This document shows positions 35,943 to 50,029 of a DNA stretch of 64,000 nucleotides, piece by piece; within the stretch, counting starts at the first letter, position 1, and each line of letters opens with the position of its first letter. The notes beneath the pieces are model-generated. The model did no database searches, was not told the origin of the DNA, and saw only the letters and a list, made by a program, of their open reading frames with translations. Source of the stretch: Octopus vulgaris (Eukaryota); NCBI GenBank assembly GCA_951406725.2, contig OX597820.1, positions 103,602,001-103,666,000 of the forward strand. Direction: 5' to 3'. The position numbers and the translations under genes were made by a program.

Positions 35943-37869
35943 GTATCTTCGGATCGGTGATCCGAATGCTTGCAACAGAGTGAGCTCTCGTAAAGGCACC
36001 CAAGTAGTTTTAAACCGTGCGATGGACTAACTCTACCCTCCAATATGATCAAGGCCGGATTAAGATCCATAGAGGTCCTAAGCACTTGAAAGATTTCGGT
36101 GCCCCTTATATATACGTAATTCAAAATATAAACAATAATAAAACATAAAATATATATTTTTCGAAATGCTAACAAAACTAACAGAATGGAAAATAAGATT
36201 TATTTTTGTATATTTTCACTTTATTAATATTTTTAAAGTTTTCTCCTTCTTTCAATTGCAAAGTCTTTGATAAGATCCTCACTGACACCATGAACATTTC
36301 GAAATTATATTTCCGATCATATAAACCACTTCGAATATCATTTTAGCAAGTTGAAAATGATTTTTTCTTTGGGTGCCGTAAACCATTTACTATTTCTGTG
36401 GTGTCCCCACTTCCTTTGATGCCCCAAGGACGTGCTATTTCGCTTAACAGTTATAAATGGCCTAAATATAGGCTACGGCTGGATATGAACACAGATCGCA
36501 AAAAAAAACGGCATAAACACCGCAAGGTAAACTCGTTCGACCATTCTAATGATTTCACCACACTAATGTACAAGACTAGTACTTTATTTATTGACCCTAG
36601 TGGAATTTGAACCCAGAAAGCAAGGAGTCAGGGGAAAGTGAACACTAAGTTATGTCGTAACGACGCTTTAATGCAGCAGCCATTTTGCCGTCAAATCAAT
36701 TTGGATTCCCGATTGCCGCCATTTTTTTTCTTTGTAAGTCCAAGCTCTGAGAAGAGTATTAACAAGATCTTTTGTTTCCATAAAGTCACACACATACACT
36801 TACACACACACACATACATACACACCCATACACCCACACACGCATGCAAAAACACCTATGTAAATGTATACATACCTGTGTGAATGCTTTGTATGTACCG
36901 TATACAGCCTATATATGTCTGTGGTTATGTAGTTATGTATACATAACTGAGAAAGACAGAGAGAGAGAGAGAGAGAGAGAAAGAAAGAGAGAGGTGGAGT
37001 GATGGAGGGAGTGAATAAAGGACGGAGGGAGAGAGTGAGACAGTGTGTGTGTGTGTGTGTAAATGTTTGTGAGTGTGCACGAAAGCGAATGTGTATGTGG
37101 GGGAGTGAATATGTGTGTGTGTATGAGAGAGGGAGAGAGAAAGCGTGTGTGTTGGTATGTGCGTGAGAGCGACTGCGTGAAAGAGAGTGAGACAGACAGA
37201 CACATATAGAGTAAGAGCGTGATGTATGTGCGTGTGTGTAGGAGAGTTTCTGTAAGAGTGAATTTGTGAAAGGTAGACAGACAGATTGACAAAGACAAAG
37301 AAAGAGCGTGATGTATGAATGTGTGTGTTTATGTGGGTGCGGGTGTTTACGTATAGGTGTGCGTGAGAGTGAATGTATGTGTGTGTGTGTGAGAAAGAGA
37401 GAGAAAGAGAGAGAGAGAAAGAGAGAGAAAGAGATTCAGAGCGAGACAGAGAAAGGTAATACGTGTGTCTATTTATGTGGGTGTTTGTGTATATGTGTAC
37501 ATTCCAGCGAATGCATGTGTGTGTGTGAGTGTGAGAAAGAGAGAATGTGTGTGTGTGTGAGTGTGAGAAAGAGAATGTGTGTGTGTGAGTGTGAGAAAGA
37601 GGATGTGTGTGTGTGTGTGTGTGTGTGGTTGTGTGCGTCGTGCGTGTGTGTGTGTTTCTATAGGTTTGTTAGACATGACCTATATAAAACTGTACTTCTC
37701 GCCTAAAGATTTTCTCTTTTGTCGACAACTGTTGCTACAAACAAATTTTGTATGGGCAAAAAGTTGTTTGCTTTGAAACAGAATGCGACGCTTCACCGAA
37801 CAGCTATCAGGTCTATTTCATTTTCTTTACTGCATCACTCATTTCTTTTCTATACAATATTAATTTATA

Positions 37870-37926
<57 letters not shown>

Positions 37927-38090
37927 GGGGTGTATTAATATCGACGTGTAGTAGTGGTTAGTCTTTATGATTTGCAACCACCCTACACAGACATACGCAT
38001 GCGCATATATATATATGGAGGCCTTTGTGTGCAGGGGAGAGAGGTGTGAGAATACATACAGTGCACATACACACACACACACACACACAA

Positions 38091-38124
<34 letters not shown>

Positions 38125-38553
38125 ACACACACACATACACACACAAGCACGCATTTATGCATGTACTCATACACATAGACAAAACACGTTTATTACAATC
38201 TGTGTACTTACAAACATGATCACAGAGATACACGAACGTACACGAGTACTTTACATGCACAGAGAGAGGGGGAGAAAGAGAGTAGTGGCGGAAAGAGGGA
38301 AAGAGTGACGTGATAACAATATTAAATTGCTCCAATAAAATTTATCCTCGTTTAATGGCGTAGGATGGTTTTTGACCCAAAATTCTATAAAAACTCACTT
38401 TTTCCTCATCCATGCAAACTTTTTATATTATGCGAGACAAAAAAGAATTCTCTATGTGGTTTTTAGACCCTCAGAAATATCAGCTTTAAGTCTCCCTGAA
38501 ATCTTACTTTATCACCTTAAACAAAAGAACTAAAAATTGTATAATTTTTGTTT

Positions 38554-38990
38554 GGCTCTTTTCGGTTTGACCGGCATTTAAAAAAAAATAATTTCCACGT
38601 AACTAAACTCTTTTAAACTTCGTATCCTGGTAGAATGTGTTTATAAAACATCTTTTTCTCTTGGCTTTATTGAGAAAATTCTATAGTTTGTAAGATATTT
38701 GTTGTTGTTTTTTATTTCTGCAATTTCAACCAATCAATGACATCTATTGAGGTGAAAACATTCTGTGCCGTATGAATATGTCCCTCGTTTAAGAAACAGA
38801 TTGGGTTTATTTACATTTCTGAAGAAAAAAAGATGCCCTTCCCCCACTCCTAACCCTAACCCTAACCCTATCTCTAACCCTAACCCTAAAACAGATTGAA
38901 ATGCAATAGATCGATACTAGGGTCATGGTTATGGGTGACAATTTCATATGACACCGCTAGAAAAAGCTGCCGGTCAAACCGAAAAGCTCC
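38554..38990. mobile_element. Non-autonomous inverted-repeat element containing (CCCTAA)n
   Basis: 19-bp inverted match CTTTTCGGTTTGACCGGCA at both ends, T-rich flanks, telomere-type repeats at 38849-38888. Confidence 0.7.
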
Positions 38991-39510
38991 TCTTTTTTTT
39001 AAAGTAAGGATATAGAATCGCTCGAAAATGAAAGACTGAGTCGTTGTTGTTTAAGATAAACAACGTACAACTTTGGACCTCAGAATCTGCAGGGGAGTCA
39101 AAATAATTAAAAGGCATTTATACAAGACCATTTCTATGAGACCAGTGGAACAGCGGTGTAGATGGTGCTCGTGTTGCCAGATACAACCCTTGAGTTTACT
39201 TGTCCCTCATGGAAAACAAAGCATAATACACGTCAAAATGTCACTCTGTGAGGATCATCCTTTCAGCCCTTCACTTCTTCATCCCTGCTTCAGCCTTCTG
39301 GCTATACTAGTTGGCAAGTCTTCCCTAAGTTTTATATAACTAAGGGCCTCATCAAGTTTGAATCCAGCCCTAATAATATGTTTTCTTTATTTAGACCGGT
39401 TTGTAGTTGAGGCACAAGGCCTCAAATTAGGGGTAAGTCGATACCATTGGCTTCCAGCATTTGAATGGTTCTTATTTTGTGTATATGGGGAGGGGGAGTG
39501 AATATGTGTT

Positions 39511-39609
<99 letters not shown>

Positions 39610-41161
39610 ATGTACGTGTTGGTGTGTACATGAGAGACAGACATATCCCGAAAGGATGAAAGACAAAGCTGATTTGAACAAACACCTAACAACAATATAC
39701 GATATACCGTATAAGCGATATATCTTAACACTAGGTCAATTCTATATAACAACAATTATTTCTAATTTTTTTTCTAATTTTAACGCAAGGCCAGCAATTT
39801 AGTAGAGAGTAGGCAAGTCGATTACATCGATCCAGTACTTGACAGGTACTTTATTTTATCGACCTTGAAAGGATAAAAGTGAAGTTGACCTTCTTCTACG
39901 TAGCGATAAAGAGTGGTTACTATTTCATGTTAATCTAATCGAGAGAAAAGGCATTGTATTTCAACAAAAAGCAAGAAAGTCTGCTAGGAATCAGTCATGA
40001 ATTGTCTGGTAGAGTGTTGGTTTTTCTGAGTGATGGAACGAGTTTTTAAATCTTTTAAGCAACGTTGAGCTAGTTTTATTCTCAACAATAGTCCTGATTA
40101 GTCAACTTAACAGTAAATAGGTACAATAAATAGATCTAGTGTTCAACACATTGTCTGCAGTGATATCATAGTATATGATTGACGTCTATTTAAAAAGCCT
40201 GTTGTGCTGATTTTAAATTTTCCCATGAGTTCTTTTCTGAGAATGAGTCGTACTCAAATCTTTGTGGTTTTTAGTCAGTGGGAGAGGTAACGTCACCAAG
40301 ATTAGTGACATTGATATATGTTCGGTTTGACTGTCTTGTTCTCGACTTTCTTTCAATGCTTTTTTTTTTAATAAGGCGGTGAGCTGGCAAAATCATTAGT
40401 GCACCTGGCAAAATGCATAACGATATTTCATCCGTCTTTATGTTCTGAGTTCAAATGCTGCCGAGGTCGACTTTGCCCTTTATCTTTTCAAGGTCGACCC
40501 CGAAAGGATGAAAAGCAAAGTCGACCTTGGCGGAATTTGAACTCAGAACGTAGCGACAGACGAAATACCTATTTCTTTACTACCCACAAGGGGCTAAACA
40601 CAGAGAGGACAAACAAGGACAGACAGACGGATTAAGTCGATTATATCGACCCCGGTGTGTAACTGGTACCTATTTAATTGACGCCGAAAGGATGAAAAGC
40701 AAAGTCGACCTCGGCGGAATTCAATGAAATGGAAATAAAATTTGAAAATTTATCTTTATGTGAGATGCGGTACCAAATGATCTACGGCCCGGTGCTGGTC
40801 CGCGGCGCGTGGTCGTAGACCCCTGCTGAAAGGTGTCCAGTACATCAGGCGAGGTATTCCTCCGAATATTTACAGTATCCAACAACTGAAAGACATCCGA
40901 AACTAATCTGTTGTTTATGTGTTTTACTAATAAATGGTGGATATTATGTGTCGGTGTTTCAAGCAACATGTTTATATGGCGGGTGTTGGGCCGTTGAGCT
41001 GTTTGTGGTTTTATAGCAATATAAGAAGAGGTAAAGATTAAAATGACATGACAGACAATAGATGTCATGTTGTTGGTTTAGGTTTTGATATTTAAACGTA
41101 TAGGTAGATGAGTTGACAGAGACATGTAGATATTTAAATAGTTGCAGAACAAATAAAGAAG

Positions 41162-42350
<1,189 letters not shown>

Positions 42351-42537
42351 TACGAAGGGGTGTCGCGAAAGGCCTGACTGGAGGCCCATCCTTCCGAGTT
42401 CTTTTATGTGGCTTGGAAAAACTGAAGGCCCGCTGCAATAAGTGTGTGAATCTGAGAGGGAAATACATTGAATAAAATCATAATTGACTGATACTCCTGT
42501 ATTTTCCTCTTCTGAAAGACAGTAACTTCCTCACGTA
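42351..42537 (+). mobile_element. Internally deleted mariner remnant
   Basis: Starts TACGAAGGG, ends ...CCTCACGTA; encodes the mariner C-terminus GLEKLKARCNKCVNLRGKYIE*. Confidence 0.65.
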
Positions 42538-43232
42538 CATATATACTGGCATAAACTCAACATATGTCGTCTTTTTATCTTTAAGAAATTAATGGAAAAC
42601 AAATAATAAACTTCAAGTTCATCCGATTTATCCGACTTTCCGTCTATCTCAGCGAACTCTTTTACTCTTTTACTTGTTTCAGTCATTTGACTGCGGCCAT
42701 GCTGGAGCACCGCCTTTAGTCGAGCAAATCGACCCCGGGACTTATTCTTTTGTAAGCCCAGTACTTATTCTATCGGTCTCTTTTGCCGAACCGCTAAGTG
42801 ACGGGGACGTAAACACACCAGCATCGGTTGTCAACAATGCTAGAGGGACAAACACAGACACACAAACACATACACACAAACACACACATAATATATACAT
42901 ATATACGACAGGCTTCTTTCAGTTTCCGTCTACCAAATCCACTCACAAGGCTTTGGTCGGCCCGAGGCTATAGCAGAAGACACTTGCCCAAGATGCCACG
43001 CAGTGGGACTGAACCCGGAACCATTTAAAAACATAAAATACTTTAAAAAAAACACCTAAAAACCGATGCTGAAGTGGAAAATAAAATAAAATACAAGTGA
43101 AAGTATGCATTGTACAAATCCTTTATTAAAACAAATATATGCTAATAAATTTTAAAAAATTTTCTACGTTTTACATCGTTTTTCGAGTTAAATCGCATGT
43201 CTGCATATCTTGAAACTAATTTCTAAGGTAAA

Positions 43233-43676
<444 letters not shown>

Positions 43677-43884
43677 GCAGAAGCAACAAAGTAACTCACG
43701 GTCCGAGAATTTCGTGCGTTAGCACTTAGTACCAACACAAGAAACTCTCGGACCTTGAGTCTCTCTGTTGCTTCAGCTAAATATTAATAAAAGTATACAT
43801 ATACTCATATTTTGAGTTCTATTTTTCCTGCTTGCCTCACCATACCTGTGTGTGTGTATGCATATATATATATATATGTGTGTA

Positions 43885-43916
<32 letters not shown>

Positions 43917-44186
43917 GCCTTCGTCACGCGGAGTAGATGAAACAGGGACAACTGAAGAAGGGAAATATTCTTTATGTTGTATGTCTCGTTTCTCTGTTTG
44001 TTGTTTTCGTTGTTCGAAAAAATGTTCGTTTCTTTGTTTTTGTTTTTATGTTTTCGTTTCTTATTGTGTTCAACGTGTTTTTTGTATGTCCTGTACCCAT
44101 ATATGCATGTACATATACATATATATGTAGGTATGTACATATATGTATGTATATATACGCATATATTTATATATTATTTATATTAT

Positions 44187-44243
<57 letters not shown>

Positions 44244-44918
44244 GTATATATGTATATATAACAAAAAAGGGGGGGTTCCTGACAGACAGTGGGAGGGAGA
44301 AAGTGACATTGAAATTTAGAAGGAGAAAGGGAGTAAGAGAAAAGGAAGAGAAAGAGAGATCGGAGTGAGCAAGATTGCAGAATAGTAAAGTTAGTTATGT
44401 GATGTAAAGAAAGATATTAACCGTAACTACATCATTCAAGAACCACATTCAAATTGACAGTCTTCCAGTAAATATTCTAGACATATCGCAACTCAGCCCA
44501 TCAATTACTCTTATATATTGCATAGCTTTCAATAAATGTTCAGAGAATTCTAACGCATGAATAATTGATAGTACATAATTAGAGGAATCATTAAGAATCT
44601 CTGGAAATAAGAAAGTAGATAAGAGATAAACTCTGTTTGTATATCAGGCTTCCACACCAATTGCAGTCTGTACTTGATGCAGGTCAACGTCACTTTATAA
44701 GATTTACTGATAATGACGTTTAATCAATATTGTTGAACCTTAGTATTTAAAAGCTACACCAATCGTTATTTTTTTATCAACGGTAATGATCCTACGTGTG
44801 GACTTCTTTGTGATTTTTAATCTACTGACTCAAAAAAAGCAACTAAATTCCACTCAAATCGTGTTTTTATTGCTTATAAAGTTGAATAAAAGGCCCTCTT
44901 CGATCATGAATGACCATG

Positions 44919-45000
44919 GGACGGAGGTATTGAGAGTGGAGTGGTAATGTCCGACAGTAATGTCGAGAAATTCGACGGAAGAGTTAGAGATAGTGCAGGA
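44919..45000 (-). pseudogene. Short Penelope-like RT C-terminal fragment
   Basis: SCTISNSSVEFLDITVGHYHSTLNTSV resembles the PLE RT 'FLD...LxTxVY' segment; only about 27 codons. Confidence 0.5.
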
Positions 45001-45380
45001 TACATATACATATATGAATACATACATACATACATACATACATTCATACATACATGTATGTATGAATGTATGTATGTATGTATGTATGTATTCGTACGCG
45101 CGCGCGTGTGTATGCACTCTTGTGTGTGTGTGGATGTGTTACTGTCTCCTTGCTTTAACTCCATGTTATGGTTGTAAACGAACGTGGTCGTCGAGTAAGC
45201 GGTGTCCCCTCGGTTCCCATCGTCTGTGAAAACATGTCTGGTTATGGGGAATATTACTTTGCTTGGGAACAGGTGAAGGTTGACGACAGGAAGGGCATCC
45301 GGTTGTAGAAAATCCGCCTCAGCAAAATTCCGCCTGACCCATACAAGCATGGAAAGTACAGGTAAACGATGACGTTGATG

Positions 45381-45432
<52 letters not shown>

Positions 45433-45613
45433 CACACAACTCTAAACGTGAACGGTATTAAGTATATGTTTCTATAACATTATATAACAATCGAGAAAAT
45501 TTATATCAGCTCTTTTTTTATTCTCACACACAACCGAAAAGAATTCATGTCTCGTTTTAAATCAGAAGTTGTTTTTCGTTTTCCTTTCTTCTTTTCTTTA
45601 CTTCTTTTTCTTC

Positions 45614-45647
<34 letters not shown>

Positions 45648-46479
45648 CCGTTTCTTTTCTCTCCGCCCACCCTCTTTCAATTTTTTTTATTGTGGGTTAA
45701 GCGAATATACTGTGAAGTTAACATTATTGATTGCAAAGAAAAAGTTGGGAACCATTGACCTAAATAAATGAGTCATTTCTTCAAGTTATTCTATATCTCG
45801 CTTTTCAAGTTGTAAAAAAACTTTATCAGGTTGATTTCCCCACTTTATTTTTACATTTACACCCACATTATTTATTTATTCATTAGTATGCTTAAGTAAT
45901 CTTAAATGTTTTAGTAGACTGGAACAACAGAATACATAGTCTTGGAAGATTAGTCAAGCAATAATTATAACTTAACTACTTTATGACACCATTCATTTTT
46001 ATTCGGTGCCTTCAGAGTTTAGAATTATTTCCCAATCCTTCACAACATACCAGATTTTGAGAATCACACTGTCACAAAACCTTTTGTTTTATTTCTCAAC
46101 TTTATAGTATATTCAGCCAAGCCAAGGTTTCTTGAGGCAGAATATAAGCAATTACATGATTACCTTCCATTGTATATTTGTCTATATGTCGATCTCATGT
46201 AAAAGTCAATTCCTTGCGTTTGACACTTTTGTTATTGTAGAATTGTGATGCGAAAACACGTCAAGCAGGTATTATTAAATACACCAATGGTCGAACAGGT
46301 ATCGGCCATATGCATATTATTACGGTAAGCCAATGGCATACAATAGTTTAGAGACTTTGGCTTGATCATTAGTCTGAAGAAGATGGAAAAAGAGCGAGGT
46401 GCTGAGCATTCCTCTACCATTACTATCAACTACTAGCTTGAGGTAGTTCACCAATTCACATATCTCGACTCGACCATCA

Positions 46480-47270
46480 TGAACAACCTCTTTCTAGAAT
46501 CTGAGATCAATAGATGCATTGGAAGGGCAGTCTCATAATTAGCTAGGTTGACAACAAGAGTTGGGAGAACAATAAGTTAAATGCACACAAAGGCTGCAGT
46601 CTACGGATTTTGTATCCTCGGAACATTGCTTTATGGCAGTGAGACCTGGAGCATCTATTCCAGACAAGAGTGATGTCTCAATCTCCTTCACCTACACAAC
46701 TTGAGATTCATTCTGAACTTCAAGTGACCAGAAGGTGTCACCGACAATGAGGTTCTGGATGGCGCATAGGTACCCAGCCTCATCATCCTACTGCAACAAC
46801 GATGCCTCTGCTGAATGTGTCTTGTACACCACATGTGAGATGAGAGGTTCCCAAAAGGCCTGCTATATGCTGAACTGGTCTCCGACAGGAGAACACAAGG
46901 ACGACTTCTAAATTTGTTTCAAAGATGTATCCATAGGAGACATGAAGTCCCTTTATATGAACGTTGAAACGTGAGAGGACATTATTGATGACAGCTCCAA
47001 CCTACTAGAGACTGGAATTAGAAAAATGGCTGAAGTCGAGAGAAGTGGTTGAGGCTTGCAAATGAAGGAAAATAAATTGACAAAAAAACAACACCAGATC
47101 AAGACTGGCGGACAGTGTTCTTCAAATGCTGTTAGTGCATCTGAGACTGTCATTCACATGATGGTCTCTATTTACAGCAGATGTGACTCTGCTAACAAGA
47201 CAGAAGCAAGACTTACCATGCGCAGATCCCTGATTCTCGCAAGACTAACGAGTGCCTCTAGTAAATTTAT
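46480..47270 (+). mobile_element. Decayed RTE-clade LINE 3' portion
   Basis: TKAAVYGFCILGTLLYGSETWSIYSRQE*CLNLLHLHNLRFIL and later PKGLLYAEL, typical RTE RT C-terminal motifs. Confidence 0.85.
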
Positions 47271-48194
47271 GTCACTTAGCTAGTCTATTAATTGCGACAG
47301 ATGCGAGTCAAAGAGCAAGTACAAATATCTATGTGTTACATGACCTTATTTATGGTTGATATTATTAAGTAGGATATGTGTTTTGGTGCGTAAAATCGGT
47401 ATTATTACGACAATTCATTGTTTATTTGTTTAGTAATTATGTGGGCTTCTGCTACTGATATGGTATTTGGATTCTAGCGTGAATTTCAGCCCCTCAAAAG
47501 TAGTATTTATATGCAAGTCGACCCAGTAAATTTAACTCACAAAAATGGCCAAAAGAATTTGACTTTTACACTCCTATCTATGGCATGTTTTGGATAGTGA
47601 TAACGAAAACCGCACAACTTTCCACATCCAACAATGTTGAACATTGTGTGATCTGAAGAATATCTGGCTTTCTTTCGTAAGATGGTTTTCTCAGTGTTCA
47701 AACAGTTTATAAGCGTAAATATGGTTGAGTAATAAGAAAATCGCTTCCCGACCACGTAGTTTCGGTTCTGTCCTCATACGTGGCACCTTGGGCAAGTTTT
47801 TTCTACTATAACCCCAGACAAACTATTGATGTGTGAATGAATTCGGTCAAGAGAGACTATATGGAAGTCAATTGTTGTCCTCTGCTCCTATTTCTGGAGG
47901 AATGTATTGCAACACAGTATTCGTATTTAATCAAGTTATCGCGCGTGTGTATACGTGTGTATGTGCATGTGTGTGTGTGTGTGTGTGTGTGCGTGCGTGC
48001 GTGCTTGTGTGTGTATGTGTGTTAAGCTAAGGGTTTTTTTATTGTTTTATTTTTTCCAAACTAAATAAAAGTGGTAGTGTTCTAAAGGTATTGTTCTCTT
48101 CATATTCTGGATTGTTCATTGTACTAGTGTTCAGGCCTAGATTACCCAAGCATTGTCGGATTTATCGAGGAGTAAATAACAAACTAAAACAATA

Positions 48195-48231
<37 letters not shown>

Positions 48232-48248
48232 CTATCTTCCTCTCTTTC

Positions 48249-48351
<103 letters not shown>

Positions 48352-48479
48352 GAATAAAAAACAGTTGAAATTTGGTATTTTGTTTGTTGCCCTAGTTGTA
48401 AATGAATAACTGCTTTTATTGTTTGATGTTAAATAAATTAAATTAAAAAACGAAAACGTATATTAAAAATATTGTGGAG

Positions 48480-49085
48480 TCTGACTTGGGAGATGGTCTA
48501 CCTAAGAAAAGCGAATGGTCAAAAGAGCGCCATTTTGGAACTGCTTAGATCAGCGGTTGGCTCTTATCATAACCTGGGTGTTGTACAGGGGACTATAATG
48601 TCTGGATACATGGAAAGAATCACTTATATTTCTGGGGGAAGGCAGGGCTCTATCACTAATATTCTTGCTTGTGTTATTTTTTCTTCCGCTGATTGAATGA
48701 GTCTGTCTAAAGGCTTTATGACCACCATATAAAATAGCTGGGTGTTGTAGACGTTTCTGAATAAAAGCTGTATATGGTTACTTATAGATGCATCCACTTC
48801 ATAGACATATTTAGTTAGAGATGCGTCTAGCTGACTTGAATATGTAGTAATATAGGCCGCAGACTTACTGCAGTAACAAAAAAAGTTCCTCTCACCTGTC
48901 CATATAGGATTTTATATTGTGCATTCTTATTTTTCTTGTGTAGGCGGCCTATGGGTGTGGTTTGCTTAAAACTGCAATAGTCAAAGCTAGTGTGTTCTAT
49001 TTATTGTACCCATTACATTAAAAAGTTTGTTTCCTATCAGGTAGGAGGCTCTTTATAATAAACAGGTTTTCAGTAACGTCTCTAA
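48480..49085 (-). pseudogene. Possible very decayed Penelope-like RT remnant
   Basis: Scattered motifs across frames (LLKTCL, MGT..LAxTIA, IWTG, YKxP); many stops and frameshifts. Confidence 0.3.
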
Positions 49086-49193
49086 AGTCTAATTATACAT
49101 ATCTACTGTGTGTGTGTGTGTGCGCGCGTGAATGGATGCTTATATCTATGTACATATATGCATGTATATATTTAGGTATGCATACATATGTAT

Positions 49194-49230
<37 letters not shown>

Positions 49231-49243
49231 CACACACACACAC

Positions 49244-49299
<56 letters not shown>

Positions 49300-49648
49300 C
49301 ACTTTATTATTATTAAAGCAGCAAAATCAAACCAAAAATATCACAAAAAACTGCTGCTCAGAGTTTCACTTTCCCGTTCGTCGGACAGTTGAGATTAAGA
49401 ATTCTCAGCCTGAACTGTCCTACAAACTGGAACGTGAAACTCTGAGTAGCTGTATTTTGTAGGGTGGGGTTGTGATGTTTTTGTAGCTTTAATGATAACA
49501 AAGCATATTACTCAACCTCCGGTATTCGAGTACTAATTTTTCTCACTTTGTTTCACATTTATGTGCTTACTTTGGTGTGTATGTATATATATATATATAT
49601 ATATATATGCGTGCGTGTGTGCGTGTGCGTGTGTGTGTGTATGTGTGT

Positions 49649-49963
49649 GAAGGCGCATGGCTCAGTGGTTAGAGCGTCGAGCTTACGATCGGAAATTGTG
49701 AGTTCGAATCCCGGACCGGGCTGCGTGTTGTGTTCTTGAGCAAGACACTTTATTTCCCGTTGCTCCAGTTCACTCAGCTGTAGAAATGAGGTGCCAAGCT
49801 GTATCTCCTGTTGCCTTTCTCTTGGATGACACTGGTGGCGTGGAGAGGGGAGGTCGGTATGCATGGGCGACTGCTGGTCTTCCATAAACAACCTTGCCCG
49901 GGAGGGTAACTTTCTAGGTGCAATCCCACGGTCATGCAATCCTTCAGTCATGACCGAAAGGGG

Positions 49964-49968
<5 letters not shown>
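49649..49968 (+). mobile_element. Young 320-bp tRNA-headed CORE-type SINE
   Basis: A box TGGCTCAGTGG, B box GAGTTCGAATCC, TTGAGCAAGACACTT core; ends in (TA)n. Confidence 0.9.

Positions 49969-50029
<61 letters not shown>

Noticed and set aside
38849-38888. Telomere or chromosome end
   Set aside because: Short, internal and embedded in a dispersed repeat.
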